Shown one piece after another: positions 27,841-37,653 of a stretch of 64,000 nucleotides of DNA. The notes under the pieces are model-generated. The model saw only the letters and a program-made list of their open reading frames with translations, did no database searches and was not told where the DNA came from. Position numbers and translations under genes: made by a program. The stretch's first letter is position 1. The number at the start of each line of letters is the position of its first letter. The stretch spans positions 578 to 64,577 of the forward strand of contig CAMEYM010000019.1 in assembly GCA_945947575.1 (NCBI GenBank), read 5' to 3'. Source of the stretch: Rhizobium sp. Q54 (GTDB taxonomy: Bacteria; Pseudomonadota; Alphaproteobacteria; UBA2966; CAIVPW01).

Positions 27841-30363
27841 TTAGGGTGCCGGTGTCGGCGCGGCCGGTGCGGGCTCTGGGGCCGGCGCAGGCTCCGCAGC
27901 CGGAGCCGGCGCTACGGCCGGGGCGGCGTTGACCTCGACCTTGATCGACGTGATCTCTTCGATGCCCTTCGGGAACAGGCCGAGGCTGTCCCACTTCAGC
28001 GCGAAGAAGACGTTCGAGAAGTCGTCGGTCCAGGTGCGCACGGGCTTCACCGGCGGGATGTCGCCCCAGCTCAGCTGGCCCTCGCGTAGCATGGCGATGT
28101 CTTCCGGCCGGCGCGCCAGCACGACCCACGTCGTCGGCAGGGCAAAGAAGGTCGCCGGCGCCGGATTGAACTCGATGGTCAGCGCGGCCAGCTGCGCGTC
28201 CTTGGCTAGGTCGGCCACCACGGGCAGCAGATTCACGAAGGTGTTCGTGATGTGCACCATGATCTTGCCGCCCGGCTTCAGCTTGCGCAGGTAGAGCTGG
28301 ATGGCTTCGCGCGTCAGGATGTGGACAGGGATGCCGTCGCCCGAGAACGCGTCGAGGAAGATGACGTCGAACGAGCCGTCCGGCTCTTTGGCGATGGTCA
28401 GCCGGCCGTCCCCGAGCACGACGTCCGAGCCGCACTCCTGCAGGAAACGGAAGTACTCGGGATCGCGTGCGACCTGTTCGACTACCGGATCGATCTCGTA
28501 GAACGTCAGCTTGTCCTGGGGCCGCATGTAGCAGGCCAGGGCGCCGGCGCCCAAGCCGAGCACACCGACGCGCAGGGGCGGCGTCTCGACGGTGCGGATG
28601 CTGGCGAAGAAGTGCCCGACCGGGCCGCGCTCCGTGTAGTACGACACCGGCAGACGCGGCACGTCCATGAACTGCACGCCGTGGATCGTCACGCCGTGCA
28701 CGAGGTAGTGGAAGCGGCTGGTGGTCGACGTAAGCGGTCCGGGCGTCGAATCGACGCGGCTGACGTAGATGGTCGTCACGCCGAAGAACGAGCGGATGCG
28801 CGCCAGCTGGTCCTCGGTCGTCCAGAACAGGCCGGGCGTCAGCACGATCATCGCGACGAACATCGACAGCGCCAGGCGTAGCGGCCGCCGCCGCCCGAGC
28901 CAGATCAGGGCGGACAGCACGAACAACGTGAAAACGAGCTTGCCGGTATTCTCGAGCGTCGTCGCCTGAATGGCGTAGTCACCCAGGAAGCGGCCGAAGG
29001 CGGCATAGAACCACCCCCAGATCACGAACATGCTATTCATCAGGAACGTGCGCAGACGGTTCTCGGCGATGATCACGTACAGCAGCACCGGCAGAACGAA
29101 GTCCAACAGGCGCGGGTGCAGGACGAGGCGGCCGGCCGAGGACTTCTCCAGGCTGCCGCGCACGTAGGCGACCGGGCGAAGGTTGGCGATCCACAGGCCG
29201 AACCGGCTGCGCTCGCCGATGCGCGGCCGCAGCAGCATCGCCAGCAGCAGGGCGGCCGGGTACTCGTAGACGCTGTCGAAGACGAGCGGTGCGATGATCG
29301 CGGTCAGGATGCCGCCGAGCACGCCGCCGACCGACATCCACAAGTAGAACTCGGTCAGCTTGGCCGGCGGCGGACGCAGCCGTGCCAGCTCGCCGTGCAG
29401 CACCATTGTGCTGACGAACATGGCGGCGAGGTGCAGGACGAGCAGGACGTAGATCTGCGACGTCTCGAAGAAGATCGCCACCATCGGCACGATGATGAGC
29501 TGCGCCCACAGCCAGAACTTCGGCGGCACCAGCGGGTTGCGCGCGAACACGAACACGAACGTCAGCAGGTACAAGGACAGCGGGATGATCCACAGGAACG
29601 GCACCGCCGCGATGTAGCTGCCGATGTGCAGGGTCGCGCCGAGCAGCAATGCCGACGGCACCAGCGACAACAGCACCCAGCGTCCGCGCACCGCCCACGT
29701 GACTTCGCGCGTCACGAAATTGTCGAGCGACTGCGTCGCCGCCGCCACCAGCTCCGGGCGGTAGCGCCGCCACAGCAGCACGGCGCACGCGAACATCAGC
29801 GCGACCAGGGCCGCAAATCCGATCATCCAGGTGAGGCTCTGCGCCCGCACGCCGAGCAACGGCTCGACGATGATCGGGTAGCTGAGCAGCGCCAGCCAGC
29901 TGCCGAGGTTGGAGGCGCCATAGAGGAAGTACGGGTCGCCCGACCAGGCATGGTCGGTGTTGGCGAACCACTTCTGCAGCAAAGGCGCGGTCGCCGAGAT
30001 GGCGAAGAACGGGATGCCGACCGAGACGGCGAGCACGCCGAGCAGCCATGGGATCGGCGAGTCCGAGGCCGGCGGCGCCGTGTCGGCATCAAGGCCGATC
30101 GGCAAGAACACGAATGCCACCAGCAATACGAACACGTGCAGGATGGTTTGGCGCTTCAGTCCGAGCAGACGTGTCGAGAGGTGGGCGTACAGGTAGCCGG
30201 CCAGCAGTACGGCTTGGAAGAACACCATCGACGTGTTCCATACCGCTGGCGAGCCGCCGGCGCGCGGCAGCACCATCTTGGTGAACATCGGCTGCACGGC
30301 GAACAGAAGAAACGCGCTCAGGAAAATCGTGACCATGTACAGAGGCAGCGTCCCGGCGCTCAT
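27841..30363 (-). CDS. Fused multi-TM membrane / spermidine synthase-like SAM-fold protein
   Basis: LLFAVQPM, YGASNLGS, HGELARLRP, GLGAG, YEID, DAFSGDGIPVH and WTDDFSN motifs. Confidence 0.9.
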   Translation of the reverse strand: MSAGTLPLYMVTIFLSAFLLFAVQPMFTKMVLPRAGGSPAVWNTSMVFFQAVLLAGYLYAHLSTRLLGLKRQTILHVFVLLVAFVFLPIGLDADTAPPASDSPIPWLLGVLAVSVGIPFFAISATAPLLQKWFANTDHAWSGDPYFLYGASNLGSWLALLSYPIIVEPLLGVRAQSLTWMIGFAALVALMFACAVLLWRRYRPELVAAATQSLDNFVTREVTWAVRGRWVLLSLVPSALLLGATLHIGSYIAAVPFLWIIPLSLYLLTFVFVFARNPLVPPKFWLWAQLIIVPMVAIFFETSQIYVLLVLHLAAMFVSTMVLHGELARLRPPPAKLTEFYLWMSVGGVLGGILTAIIAPLVFDSVYEYPAALLLAMLLRPRIGERSRFGLWIANLRPVAYVRGSLEKSSAGRLVLHPRLLDFVLPVLLYVIIAENRLRTFLMNSMFVIWGWFYAAFGRFLGDYAIQATTLENTGKLVFTLFVLSALIWLGRRRPLRLALSMFVAMIVLTPGLFWTTEDQLARIRSFFGVTTIYVSRVDSTPGPLTSTTSRFHYLVHGVTIHGVQFMDVPRLPVSYYTERGPVGHFFASIRTVETPPLRVGVLGLGAGALACYMRPQDKLTFYEIDPVVEQVARDPEYFRFLQECGSDVVLGDGRLTIAKEPDGSFDVIFLDAFSGDGIPVHILTREAIQLYLRKLKPGGKIMVHITNTFVNLLPVVADLAKDAQLAALTIEFNPAPATFFALPTTWVVLARRPEDIAMLREGQLSWGDIPPVKPVRTWTDDFSNVFFALKWDSLGLFPKGIEEITSIKVEVNAAPAVAPAPAAEPAPAPEPAPAAPTPAP

Positions 30364-30762
30364 GCCGGAAGCTCCTTTGCGGTCCGCAACCGTCGTCACC
30401 ACTGCAACCTCCCCAATCCTCGCGGGCACCCTCGCCCGATAGTCCCCGGCCGCGACCCGTCAAGCCGCGGCTCGTCCCGCCGCGGCCAAGCCGGGCACCC
30501 AAGAGCATTTTTCACGCTGGATAGCAAACCGACGCGGCCGCCCCGGCCACACCCGCTCCGTCGGCCGCGGGCCGGAGTATGGCATGGGCCTTGGGGCCTT
30601 TCCACGCAGCCAGGCCGCCAAAATTCGGGTTTGCCGCCGCTCTTGCGGCGGCTCGTGCTTCCTGCTTGGAATGTGGGAGGGGAGGCTATGGAGCGTGGGC
30701 CCGCCAGAGGGGCGGCGCCGATCCGCGGCCATCCCGTCAACGCGGATAAGGGGAGTACTCGA

Positions 30763-31017
30763 ATGAAGAAGGTTTTTGCCGCCCTGGTTGGGGCAACCAT
30801 GGTGCTCAGCGCCGGCATGGCCGCCGCCGCCGAAGTCAAAGGCGCCATCAAGGCGATGAACATGGAAGCGCGTACGGTCACCATCGACACCACGACCGTC
30901 GTGTTCCCGCAGAGTGTCAGCCTGTCCGGCTACATCGTCGGCACCGCGGTCACTATCACCTACACGACCGCCGGCACCACCAACACGGCCACTGCGATCG
31001 CCAAGGTGGCGAAGTAG
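30763..31017 (+). CDS. Small secreted DUF1344-like protein, copy 2 (most divergent)
   Basis: MKKVFAALVG...AEVKGAIKAMNMEARTVTI; GGAG RBS. Confidence 0.88.
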   Translation: MKKVFAALVGATMVLSAGMAAAAEVKGAIKAMNMEARTVTIDTTTVVFPQSVSLSGYIVGTAVTITYTTAGTTNTATAIAKVAK

Positions 31018-31040
31018 TCGGACCGCACGAGGCTCGGAAG

Positions 31041-31081
31041 AGGACGGGCGCGCCGGAGACGGGCGCCCGTCCTATTCTTTT
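31041..31081 (+). terminator. Intrinsic terminator
   Basis: AGGACGGGCGC...GCGCCCGTCCT followed by ATTCTTTT. Confidence 0.8.
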
Positions 31082-31334
31082 GAAGGGCCCGCTACCCCCT
31101 CTGATGCGGGCGAGCCGACAACGTTCGGTTGTCGCATCCTGCACATGATCTGGCACCTGGGGCGCCACTAGGCACAATCTGTTGTGGGTGGGGCCGCCCG
31201 GCTGACGCTAGGGGCGGGGTCTTGCGCGTTGCCCACTAACCATGTGAAATCCGCGCGGGAGGCACGAGGATCGACCATCCAATTGTGGCGGGTCGTCTGG
31301 GCCGATCCCTCTTGAGTAAACAGGAGAACATCGA

Positions 31335-31580
31335 ATGAAGAAGGTTTTTGCCGCCGTCGCCGCGGCGACCATGCTGCTGGCCGCTGGCGTTGCCACCGCC
31401 GCCGACGTTAAGGGCGCCATCACCGCCGTGAACGCCGGTGCTCGTACCGTCACCATCGGTGGCGTGACCTACACCTTCCCGGCCAACGTCGACATGGCTG
31501 GCCTGGCCGCTGGTCAGACCGTCACGCTGACCTTCACGGCCGCGAACAACGTCAACACGGTCTCCAAGGTCGCGAAGTAA
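31335..31580 (+). CDS. Small secreted DUF1344-like protein, copy 3
   Basis: Paralog of 27476..27721; AGGAG RBS. Confidence 0.9.
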   Translation: MKKVFAAVAAATMLLAAGVATAADVKGAITAVNAGARTVTIGGVTYTFPANVDMAGLAAGQTVTLTFTAANNVNTVSKVAK

Positions 31581-31603
31581 CTACCCTTTCGCTCTAAGGG
31601 CCC

Positions 31604-31650
31604 AGAAAAGGACGGGTGCGCAGACTTCCGCGCACCCGTCCTGTTCTTTT
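31604..31650 (+). terminator. Intrinsic terminator
   Basis: AGGACGGGTGCGC...CGCACCCGTCCT followed by GTTCTTTT. Confidence 0.8.
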
Positions 31651-31961
31651 GCAGCGCCCACTGCGCGCGTCCTCTGCGCGATCCTCTGGCTGCGCCGGCC
31701 CAGTCCCGGCAGCTCGGCACCTCCAAGAACCAGGTTTTCAAGGTAGCGGCGGAACCATACCGTTGCCTGCCGTCCGATCCCCGTTGCCGTCGGGGTTGCA
31801 GTAGGTGCGCGTGCGTCGCGTTCAATATCTCTCGCGTAGAGTGCGGGCAGCCTTGCTAGCGCCACATTTTCCCGTATGAATCACGTCCGGGGAGGCAAAG
31901 CAGTCTTGCCATTGGTGGCAAGAGTCTTTTGTCCCTCCCGCATTCAGGAGGAACTTCGATC

Positions 31962-32207
31962 ATGAACAAGGTACTTGCCGCTGTTACCGGCGTTGCATTG
32001 CTGTTGGCCGCTGGCGTCGCCACTGCCGCCGACGTGAAGGGCGCGATCACTGCGGTGAACGCCCAGGGCCGCACCGTCACCATCGGCGGCGTGACCTACA
32101 CCTTCCCGGCCAACGTCGACATGGCCGGCCTCGCGGTTGGTCAGACCATCACGCTGACCTACGCCACCGCGAACAACATCAACACGGTGTCGAAGGTTAC
32201 GAAGTAA
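31962..32207 (+). CDS. Small secreted DUF1344-like protein, copy 4
   Basis: Paralog; AGGAGG RBS. Confidence 0.9.
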   Translation: MNKVLAAVTGVALLLAAGVATAADVKGAITAVNAQGRTVTIGGVTYTFPANVDMAGLAVGQTITLTYATANNINTVSKVTK

Positions 32208-32230
32208 CCTTCCAGAGTATCTACGAGTAC

Positions 32231-32270
32231 CAGGGCGGGTGCGCGGATGCGCACCCGCCCTGTGCGTTTC
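32231..32270 (+). terminator. Intrinsic terminator
   Basis: CAGGGCGGGTGCGC-GGAT-GCGCACCCGCCCTG. Confidence 0.72.
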
Positions 32271-32330
32271 TGGAGTACCCTACGGGGCACGCGCGCGTGC
32301 GTTGGATGCGCGTACGATGGCTAGCACGCC

Positions 32331-33116
32331 ATGAGCGAACCAGAAGTCCCACCGGTCCCACCCGCCGCGCCGCCGGATCTTACCGATCCGCCGATTCGCA
32401 AGGTGATCCCGCGCGCCGGGCCGTGGGCGCGCCTGCGCGCCTACCTGATCACCGGCCTGCTCGTCACGACCCCGGCGATTTTCACCATCTACGTGGCGTG
32501 GGTGGCGATCCGTTTCGTCGATACGCGCGCCACCAAGCTGATCCCGCCCGAATACAACCCGAACACCTACCTGCCGTTCTCGATTCCCGGGATTGGCGTG
32601 ATGGTGCTGCTGGTGCTGTTGACGCTGATCGGCATGCTGACCACCGGCTACCTCGGGCGCGTCGTCACGCGCACGGTGGATCAGGCTCTGGCGCGCGTGC
32701 CGTTCATGCGCAGCGTCTACGCCACCACCAAGCAAATGCTGACGACGGTTCTGTCCACGACCTCGACGTCCTTCCGCCAAGTAGTGCTGATCGAGCATCC
32801 GCGCCGCGACATGTGGGCGTTGGCGTTCATGACCGGCGCCGTCAACGTCACGGTGCACGGCAAGGACGAAGAACTGGTCACGGTGTTCGTGCCATTCACG
32901 CCCAATCCGACTTCCGGTTTCGTGCGCCTGCTGCCGCGCCGCGACGTGGTGGTGCTCGACATACCGGTCGAGGATGGGGTCAAGATGGTGATGTCGGGCG
33001 GCATCATCTCGCCCGAATGGCTGCGCGAGCAGGTCGCCTACGTGCGTGACGCCGGCACTAGCCCGGGCGCCGACCCTGGTGCGCCACCGCCGAAGCGGGC
33101 GCGGCGCGCGTCCTAG
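32331..33116 (+). CDS. DUF502 membrane protein
   Basis: YLITGLLV..P, PFMRSVY and VFVPFTPNPTSGF motifs. Confidence 0.9.
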   Translation: MSEPEVPPVPPAAPPDLTDPPIRKVIPRAGPWARLRAYLITGLLVTTPAIFTIYVAWVAIRFVDTRATKLIPPEYNPNTYLPFSIPGIGVMVLLVLLTLIGMLTTGYLGRVVTRTVDQALARVPFMRSVYATTKQMLTTVLSTTSTSFRQVVLIEHPRRDMWALAFMTGAVNVTVHGKDEELVTVFVPFTPNPTSGFVRLLPRRDVVVLDIPVEDGVKMVMSGGIISPEWLREQVAYVRDAGTSPGADPGAPPPKRARRAS

Positions 33117-33508
33117 CGGAGACGCTTCTTCTTACCAGCTGGCTTGGCGCTACCCGCCGTGGCGGTCGCCGATGCGGCGACGGTCGTCGGCGTCAGCGGC
33201 GGCATCGGTGCGGGAACGGTGACGGGCTCCGCGCCTGCCGCCAGGGCGAGCTCGACGCGATACGCCTGCGGCACGATGCGGTAGCAGACGTACGCCAGGA
33301 TGGGCAGCGCGACCGCCCCGGCGACGCGCGCCAGTAGCCCGAAATTCGTCGCGAAGAAGTCGCTGGGCAGCCAGCCGAACGCGGCGATCAACCAGGTCAG
33401 CAGGCCAAGCCCGCTGAACGCAAACCCCCACAGCAGCGGACCGCCCAAGGCGACTGCGAGCAGCATCAGCAGGGCAGTGGACGTGGTGGCTTGGCCTTGG
33501 ATGGTCAT
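33113..33508 (-). CDS. Hypothetical membrane protein
   Basis: Two hydrophobic segments and a basic tail. Confidence 0.65.
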   Translation of the reverse strand: MTIQGQATTSTALLMLLAVALGGPLLWGFAFSGLGLLTWLIAAFGWLPSDFFATNFGLLARVAGAVALPILAYVCYRIVPQAYRVELALAAGAEPVTVPAPMPPLTPTTVAASATATAGSAKPAGKKKRLR

Positions 33509-33662
33509 GGGTGCTCCGGCGTGCGTCGCGCCATCACGTAGGGCCTGACGGGCAGAGACGCAAGCGCGGAGGCGCCGGATGCCACCCGGCCCGTCATCAA
33601 CATCTATGTGTACTCACGACAACGCATGCTAGCGGTGGGTGCGGCGGGGGCACCGCACCGGA

Positions 33663-33691
33663 TTGCGTCCACCCGCGTGCGGGCGTATATC
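33663..33691 (+). promoter_or_regulatory. Putative sigma70 promoter for kup
   Basis: TTGCGT-N17-TATATC. Confidence 0.45.
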
Positions 33692-33816
33692 GGCGCCGTC
33701 GCCCCGGCCTCGCCGGGCACCCTCCCAAAATTCCACATGCCGCGAAACGCAATGCCGGGCGCCGGCCCGCAATTTTCTTTGGAACGCGCGCAACCACGAA
33801 CGGTAGGGCGGTGTAG

Positions 33817-35712
33817 GTGAGCGTTACCAACGGCGCCACGCCGCACGGTGCTCCGGCGAAGCAGCATCTTGCTGCGTTGACCCTGGGTGCGCTCGGCGTC
33901 GTCTACGGCGACATCGGCACGTCGCCCCTCTATGCCCTGCGCGTGTCTTTCGCGCCGGAGACCGGCGTTGCGCCCACTCCCGACAACGTCCTCGGTATCC
34001 TGTCGCTGGTGTTCTGGACCGTCACTCTGTTGGTGACGCTCAAGTACGTCATTCTCATGCTGCGCGCCGACAATCGCGGGGAAGGTGGCGCTATCGCCCT
34101 CATGGCGCTGACGCGCGCGGCGCACGCGACACGCCCGCGCGTGCGCGCGTTCGTCCTCTCCGCCGGCCTGATCGGCACGGCTCTGTTCTTCGGTGACGCG
34201 ATCCTGACGCCGGCGATCTCGGTGCTGAGTGCCGTGGAGGGTCTGCAAGTCACCACGGACGCTTTCCATCCGTACATCATGCCGATGGCGATCACGGTGA
34301 TCGTCGGGCTGTTCCTGACCCAGCGTTGGGGTACCGCCGGCGTCGGCCGCGTGTTTGGGCCGGTAATGTTCGTCTGGTTCATCGTCCTCGGCCTGCTCGG
34401 GATGTGGGGCATCGCCAAGCACCCGGAAGTACTGCTGGCGATCAATCCTGCCTACGCAGCTGCGTTCGTCGCGCACGAAGGCCTCCACATCTTCATCCCG
34501 CTAGGCGCGGTGTTCCTGGCGATTACGGGAGCCGAGGGCCTTTACGCCGACCTCGGCCACTTCGGCGCCAAGCCGCTGCGCTTTGCTTGGTTCTCGGTCG
34601 TGATGCCCGGCCTGGTGCTCAATTACTTCGGCCAGGGCGCCACGATCCTCGAGACACCCGACGCGGCGCGCAACCCGTTCTACCTGCTCGCTCCGGACCT
34701 TCTCTACCCGATGGTCGCCCTCGCCACGGTGGCCACCGTCATCGCCTCCCAGGCGGTGATCTCGGGAGCCTTCTCGCTCTTCAACCAGGCGATCCAGCTC
34801 GGCCTCGCGCCGCGCACCGAGGTGCAGCACACCTCGCCGCAGGAGATCCGTCAGGTCTACCTGCCCCAGGTCAATTTCGCCCTGTTCATCGGCGTCGTCG
34901 CGATGATGGGCTGGTTCGGTTCCTCCAGCGCGCTTGCCGGCGCGTACGGCGTGGCCGTCAGCGGCACCATGGTCGTCACGTCGGCATTGGCGGCATTGGC
35001 GGCTGGACAGTTGTGGCACTGGCCGCGACCGCTGATCGTGGGCGTGTTCGGCGCGCTGCTGGCCATCGATCTGATGTTCCTCGGCGCCAACCTGCTCAAG
35101 GTCTTCGACGGTGGCTGGGTACCGATCGTCATCGCGGCGGCGATCTACATCGGCTCGTCCACCTGGATCCAAGGCCGCCAGGCGCTCTACACCAAGCTCG
35201 CCGCCGAAGGCGCCCAGCTCGACGACTTCATCCATAGCGTCGGGCCGAGCTTGCCGCGCGTGCGCGGCACGGCCTCCTACATGGCGCGCATCGGCGAGAC
35301 CGTGCCGCACGCGCTGTTGCACAACATCAAGCACAACAAGGTGCTGCACGAGCGCATCCTCTTGATGACGGTGATCACTGAGGACGTGCCGGTGGTGCCG
35401 CGCGAGAATCGCGTCGAGGCACAGGCCCTCGACAAAGGCTTCTGGCGCATCACGGTGCGCTACGGCTTCCTGCAGAGCCCGAACTTGCCGCGCGCGCTGG
35501 CGCAGCTTGCGCCGACCGGGCTCGAGATCAACATCCACGACACCAGCTTCTTCCTGGGGCGTGTCACCCTGGTGCCGGCGCTCAAGCCGTTGATTCCGCC
35601 CTGGCGGCGGCGGCTCTACTTCGCGCTGGCGCGCAACGCCGCTTCGGCCCCGGATTTCTTCCGCATTCCGACCGACCGCGTCGTCGAAGTCGGCGCCCAA
35701 ATAGCGCTTTAG
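33817..35712 (+). CDS. kup: Kup potassium transporter
   Basis: LGVVYGDIGTSPLY, ADNRGEGG, ADLGHFG and HNKVLHE motifs. Confidence 0.96.
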   Translation: MSVTNGATPHGAPAKQHLAALTLGALGVVYGDIGTSPLYALRVSFAPETGVAPTPDNVLGILSLVFWTVTLLVTLKYVILMLRADNRGEGGAIALMALTRAAHATRPRVRAFVLSAGLIGTALFFGDAILTPAISVLSAVEGLQVTTDAFHPYIMPMAITVIVGLFLTQRWGTAGVGRVFGPVMFVWFIVLGLLGMWGIAKHPEVLLAINPAYAAAFVAHEGLHIFIPLGAVFLAITGAEGLYADLGHFGAKPLRFAWFSVVMPGLVLNYFGQGATILETPDAARNPFYLLAPDLLYPMVALATVATVIASQAVISGAFSLFNQAIQLGLAPRTEVQHTSPQEIRQVYLPQVNFALFIGVVAMMGWFGSSSALAGAYGVAVSGTMVVTSALAALAAGQLWHWPRPLIVGVFGALLAIDLMFLGANLLKVFDGGWVPIVIAAAIYIGSSTWIQGRQALYTKLAAEGAQLDDFIHSVGPSLPRVRGTASYMARIGETVPHALLHNIKHNKVLHERILLMTVITEDVPVVPRENRVEAQALDKGFWRITVRYGFLQSPNLPRALAQLAPTGLEINIHDTSFFLGRVTLVPALKPLIPPWRRRLYFALARNAASAPDFFRIPTDRVVEVGAQIAL

Positions 35713-35742
35713 GTCTTGGCGCTTCGCGCCGGAGGTCGCCCT

Positions 35743-36627
35743 CTAGCTCACCATCGTGCGCAGGTACTCGCGGTCGAATACGGCGGCGATGCTCCCAGGC
35801 TCGTTGGAGCGCACAGCGACGCCAAGCTGGCTGAGTTCGCAGGCATGCCAATTCTGGCGGTTGATCTTGTCCCAGAACGCCACGGTGTCGTCACGGCGGA
35901 AGTCGTCGCGGCCAGACGCCTCAGGAAGAAACAGCCAGTCGCAGTGAATGCGCGTACGCGCCGGCCCCTCGGGCCACAGCGTGTGCACCATGGCGTAGTC
36001 CGGGTGCAGGCCGACGAACAGGTTCGGAAAGATCGAATAGAAGCGGGTGCGCCCGTAGTCCTCGGCGTAGTTCTCGAAGGGCAGCTTCCAGTTGGCCGCC
36101 ACGTCGTATTCGATGCTGCGCGCGGCGCGGCGCATCGGCAGGGTCAACGGCGCTACCTCGGCCCGGAGCTGCGCGCAGGCTGCCTCCAACGGCTCGGGCG
36201 GCGCCAGGCTGACGAAGATCAGACCCTCCCAGACGCCGGCCGCGACCTGGCGCAGCGCCAGCGCGTCCGCGTCGAAGTCAGGCACGTCGCTGCTGTGCGG
36301 AGCGCCCCGCAGGCGGCCGTCCAACTCGTACGTCCAGTTGTGATGGACGCAGCGAATCACGGAGGGGAACCTCCCGCGGGCGACCTCGCAAATGCGCGAG
36401 CCGCGATGACGGCAGACGTTGTAGAAGGCGCGCACGGTGCCGTCGGCGCCGCGCACGGCGATCAGGCTCTCGCCCGCCACCTCGCGCAGCACGAACTCGC
36501 CTGGCGTGGCGAGCTCACCCTGGTGCGCGACGCACATCCAGCGTTTCGCAAAGATGCGCTCCCGCTCCCTCGCGAATGTGTCCGGCGACGTCAGGTCGTG
36601 CTGCGTCAGCGCGCGCGCTCCGCAGGT
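35743..36627 (-). pseudogene. Degenerate Rieske non-heme iron oxygenase alpha subunit
   Basis: Rieske CRHRG..CVHH motif present, but the E-C-Y-H-C..H iron motif and following segment are missing after WKLPFENYAE. Homology-like frame extends upstream to a TAG (36628-36630) with no ATG/GTG start. Confidence 0.72.
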
Positions 36628-36638
36628 CTACAAGCAAC

Positions 36639-37562
36639 CTAGAGGCTGCGCGCGACCCGGAAGCCGAGAGTGTTCTTGCGGTTGGGGGCGAGGTCCCAGT
36701 TGCGCAGGCTGGCGCGCACATCGGGCGCGTCCGACAGCCAGGCGGCGCCGCGGGTGACCCGCTGGGTGCAGTTGCCGCCCACCGTCCACACGGCGCCGTC
36801 CGCGGGCGCCGTCAGGTAGGTGTCATGCCAGCAGTCCTCGACGCGCTCCCAGACGTTGCCGAGCATGTCGCTGACGCCGAACGTATTCAGGCGGAACGTC
36901 CCGGCGGGCGAGGTGCGTTTGGCGTCGTACTCGGTGCCGCAGCCGTCGCAGTTGGCGTTGCCGCGGCCGATGTCGGCGCCCCAATGGCGCGCGGTGGTGG
37001 TGCCGCTCCGCGCCACGTACTCCCACTCGGATTCCGAGAGGAGGCGATACTCGGTTCCGGTCTGCTGGCTGAGCCACTGCAGATAGGCGCGCGTCTCGTC
37101 CCAGTTGATGCAGACGACGGGATCGCGATCGCTCTGTGCGAAGCCGGGGTTCTCCCAGGTCTTCAGGGGATCGGGCACCATCTCGGCGCCGTTGTACCAA
37201 CGGCAATCGCCGCCCGTCGCGTGGTTGGTGGCGCGTGCGAACGCGGCGTACTCGCCGCGGGTGATCTCGAAGCGGCCCACCGCGAACGGCTTCGCCAGGG
37301 TGACGTTGTGCTGCGGCGCCTCGTCGGGCGAGCGGCCCGGCTCATTGGCCGGCGAGCCCATCGAGTAGCGCCCGGCCGGAATGACGACCATCTCCGGACA
37401 CGTCTCGCAGTCGCGGAAGACGTCACCCGGCTTGAGCGTGCGCCCGGCCACCTGCACGGTCTGCTCGGATGCCGGCGGGATCCCTGCGCTGTTGTCGCCG
37501 CAGGCGGCCAGCAGGCAGCCCGCCGAGAGCGCCAGCAGACGCAACAAGGTTCCGGATTGCAT
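36639..37562 (-). CDS. Formylglycine-generating enzyme (FGE/SUMF1) family lipoprotein
   Basis: LAAC lipobox, FRDCETCPEMVVIPAG, YRLLSESEWEY, DMLGNVWE and GFRVAR motifs. Confidence 0.92.
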   Translation of the reverse strand: MQSGTLLRLLALSAGCLLAACGDNSAGIPPASEQTVQVAGRTLKPGDVFRDCETCPEMVVIPAGRYSMGSPANEPGRSPDEAPQHNVTLAKPFAVGRFEITRGEYAAFARATNHATGGDCRWYNGAEMVPDPLKTWENPGFAQSDRDPVVCINWDETRAYLQWLSQQTGTEYRLLSESEWEYVARSGTTTARHWGADIGRGNANCDGCGTEYDAKRTSPAGTFRLNTFGVSDMLGNVWERVEDCWHDTYLTAPADGAVWTVGGNCTQRVTRGAAWLSDAPDVRASLRNWDLAPNRKNTLGFRVARSL

Positions 37563-37653
37563 TGTGGTGATCCTCGTCAGCGAGCCCGTCCGCTTAGGCG
37601 GGCGGCGGCCGACCGACGGCCCTACGCTCCACGCCGCAGTGGGTGATGAAGCC

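Noticed and set aside
33692..33816. Riboswitch upstream of kup
   Set aside because: Only generic GC hairpins; no recognisable aptamer consensus.
21518..36630. Genome-wide TAG reassignment suggested by two oddly placed amber codons
   Set aside because: Many conserved genes (fadD, dxs, aroC, fabI, tag) end with TAG at the expected position.
36639..37562. FGE/C-type-lectin-fold gene as a diversity-generating retroelement target
   Set aside because: No reverse transcriptase or template-repeat copy of its 3' end is visible in the window.
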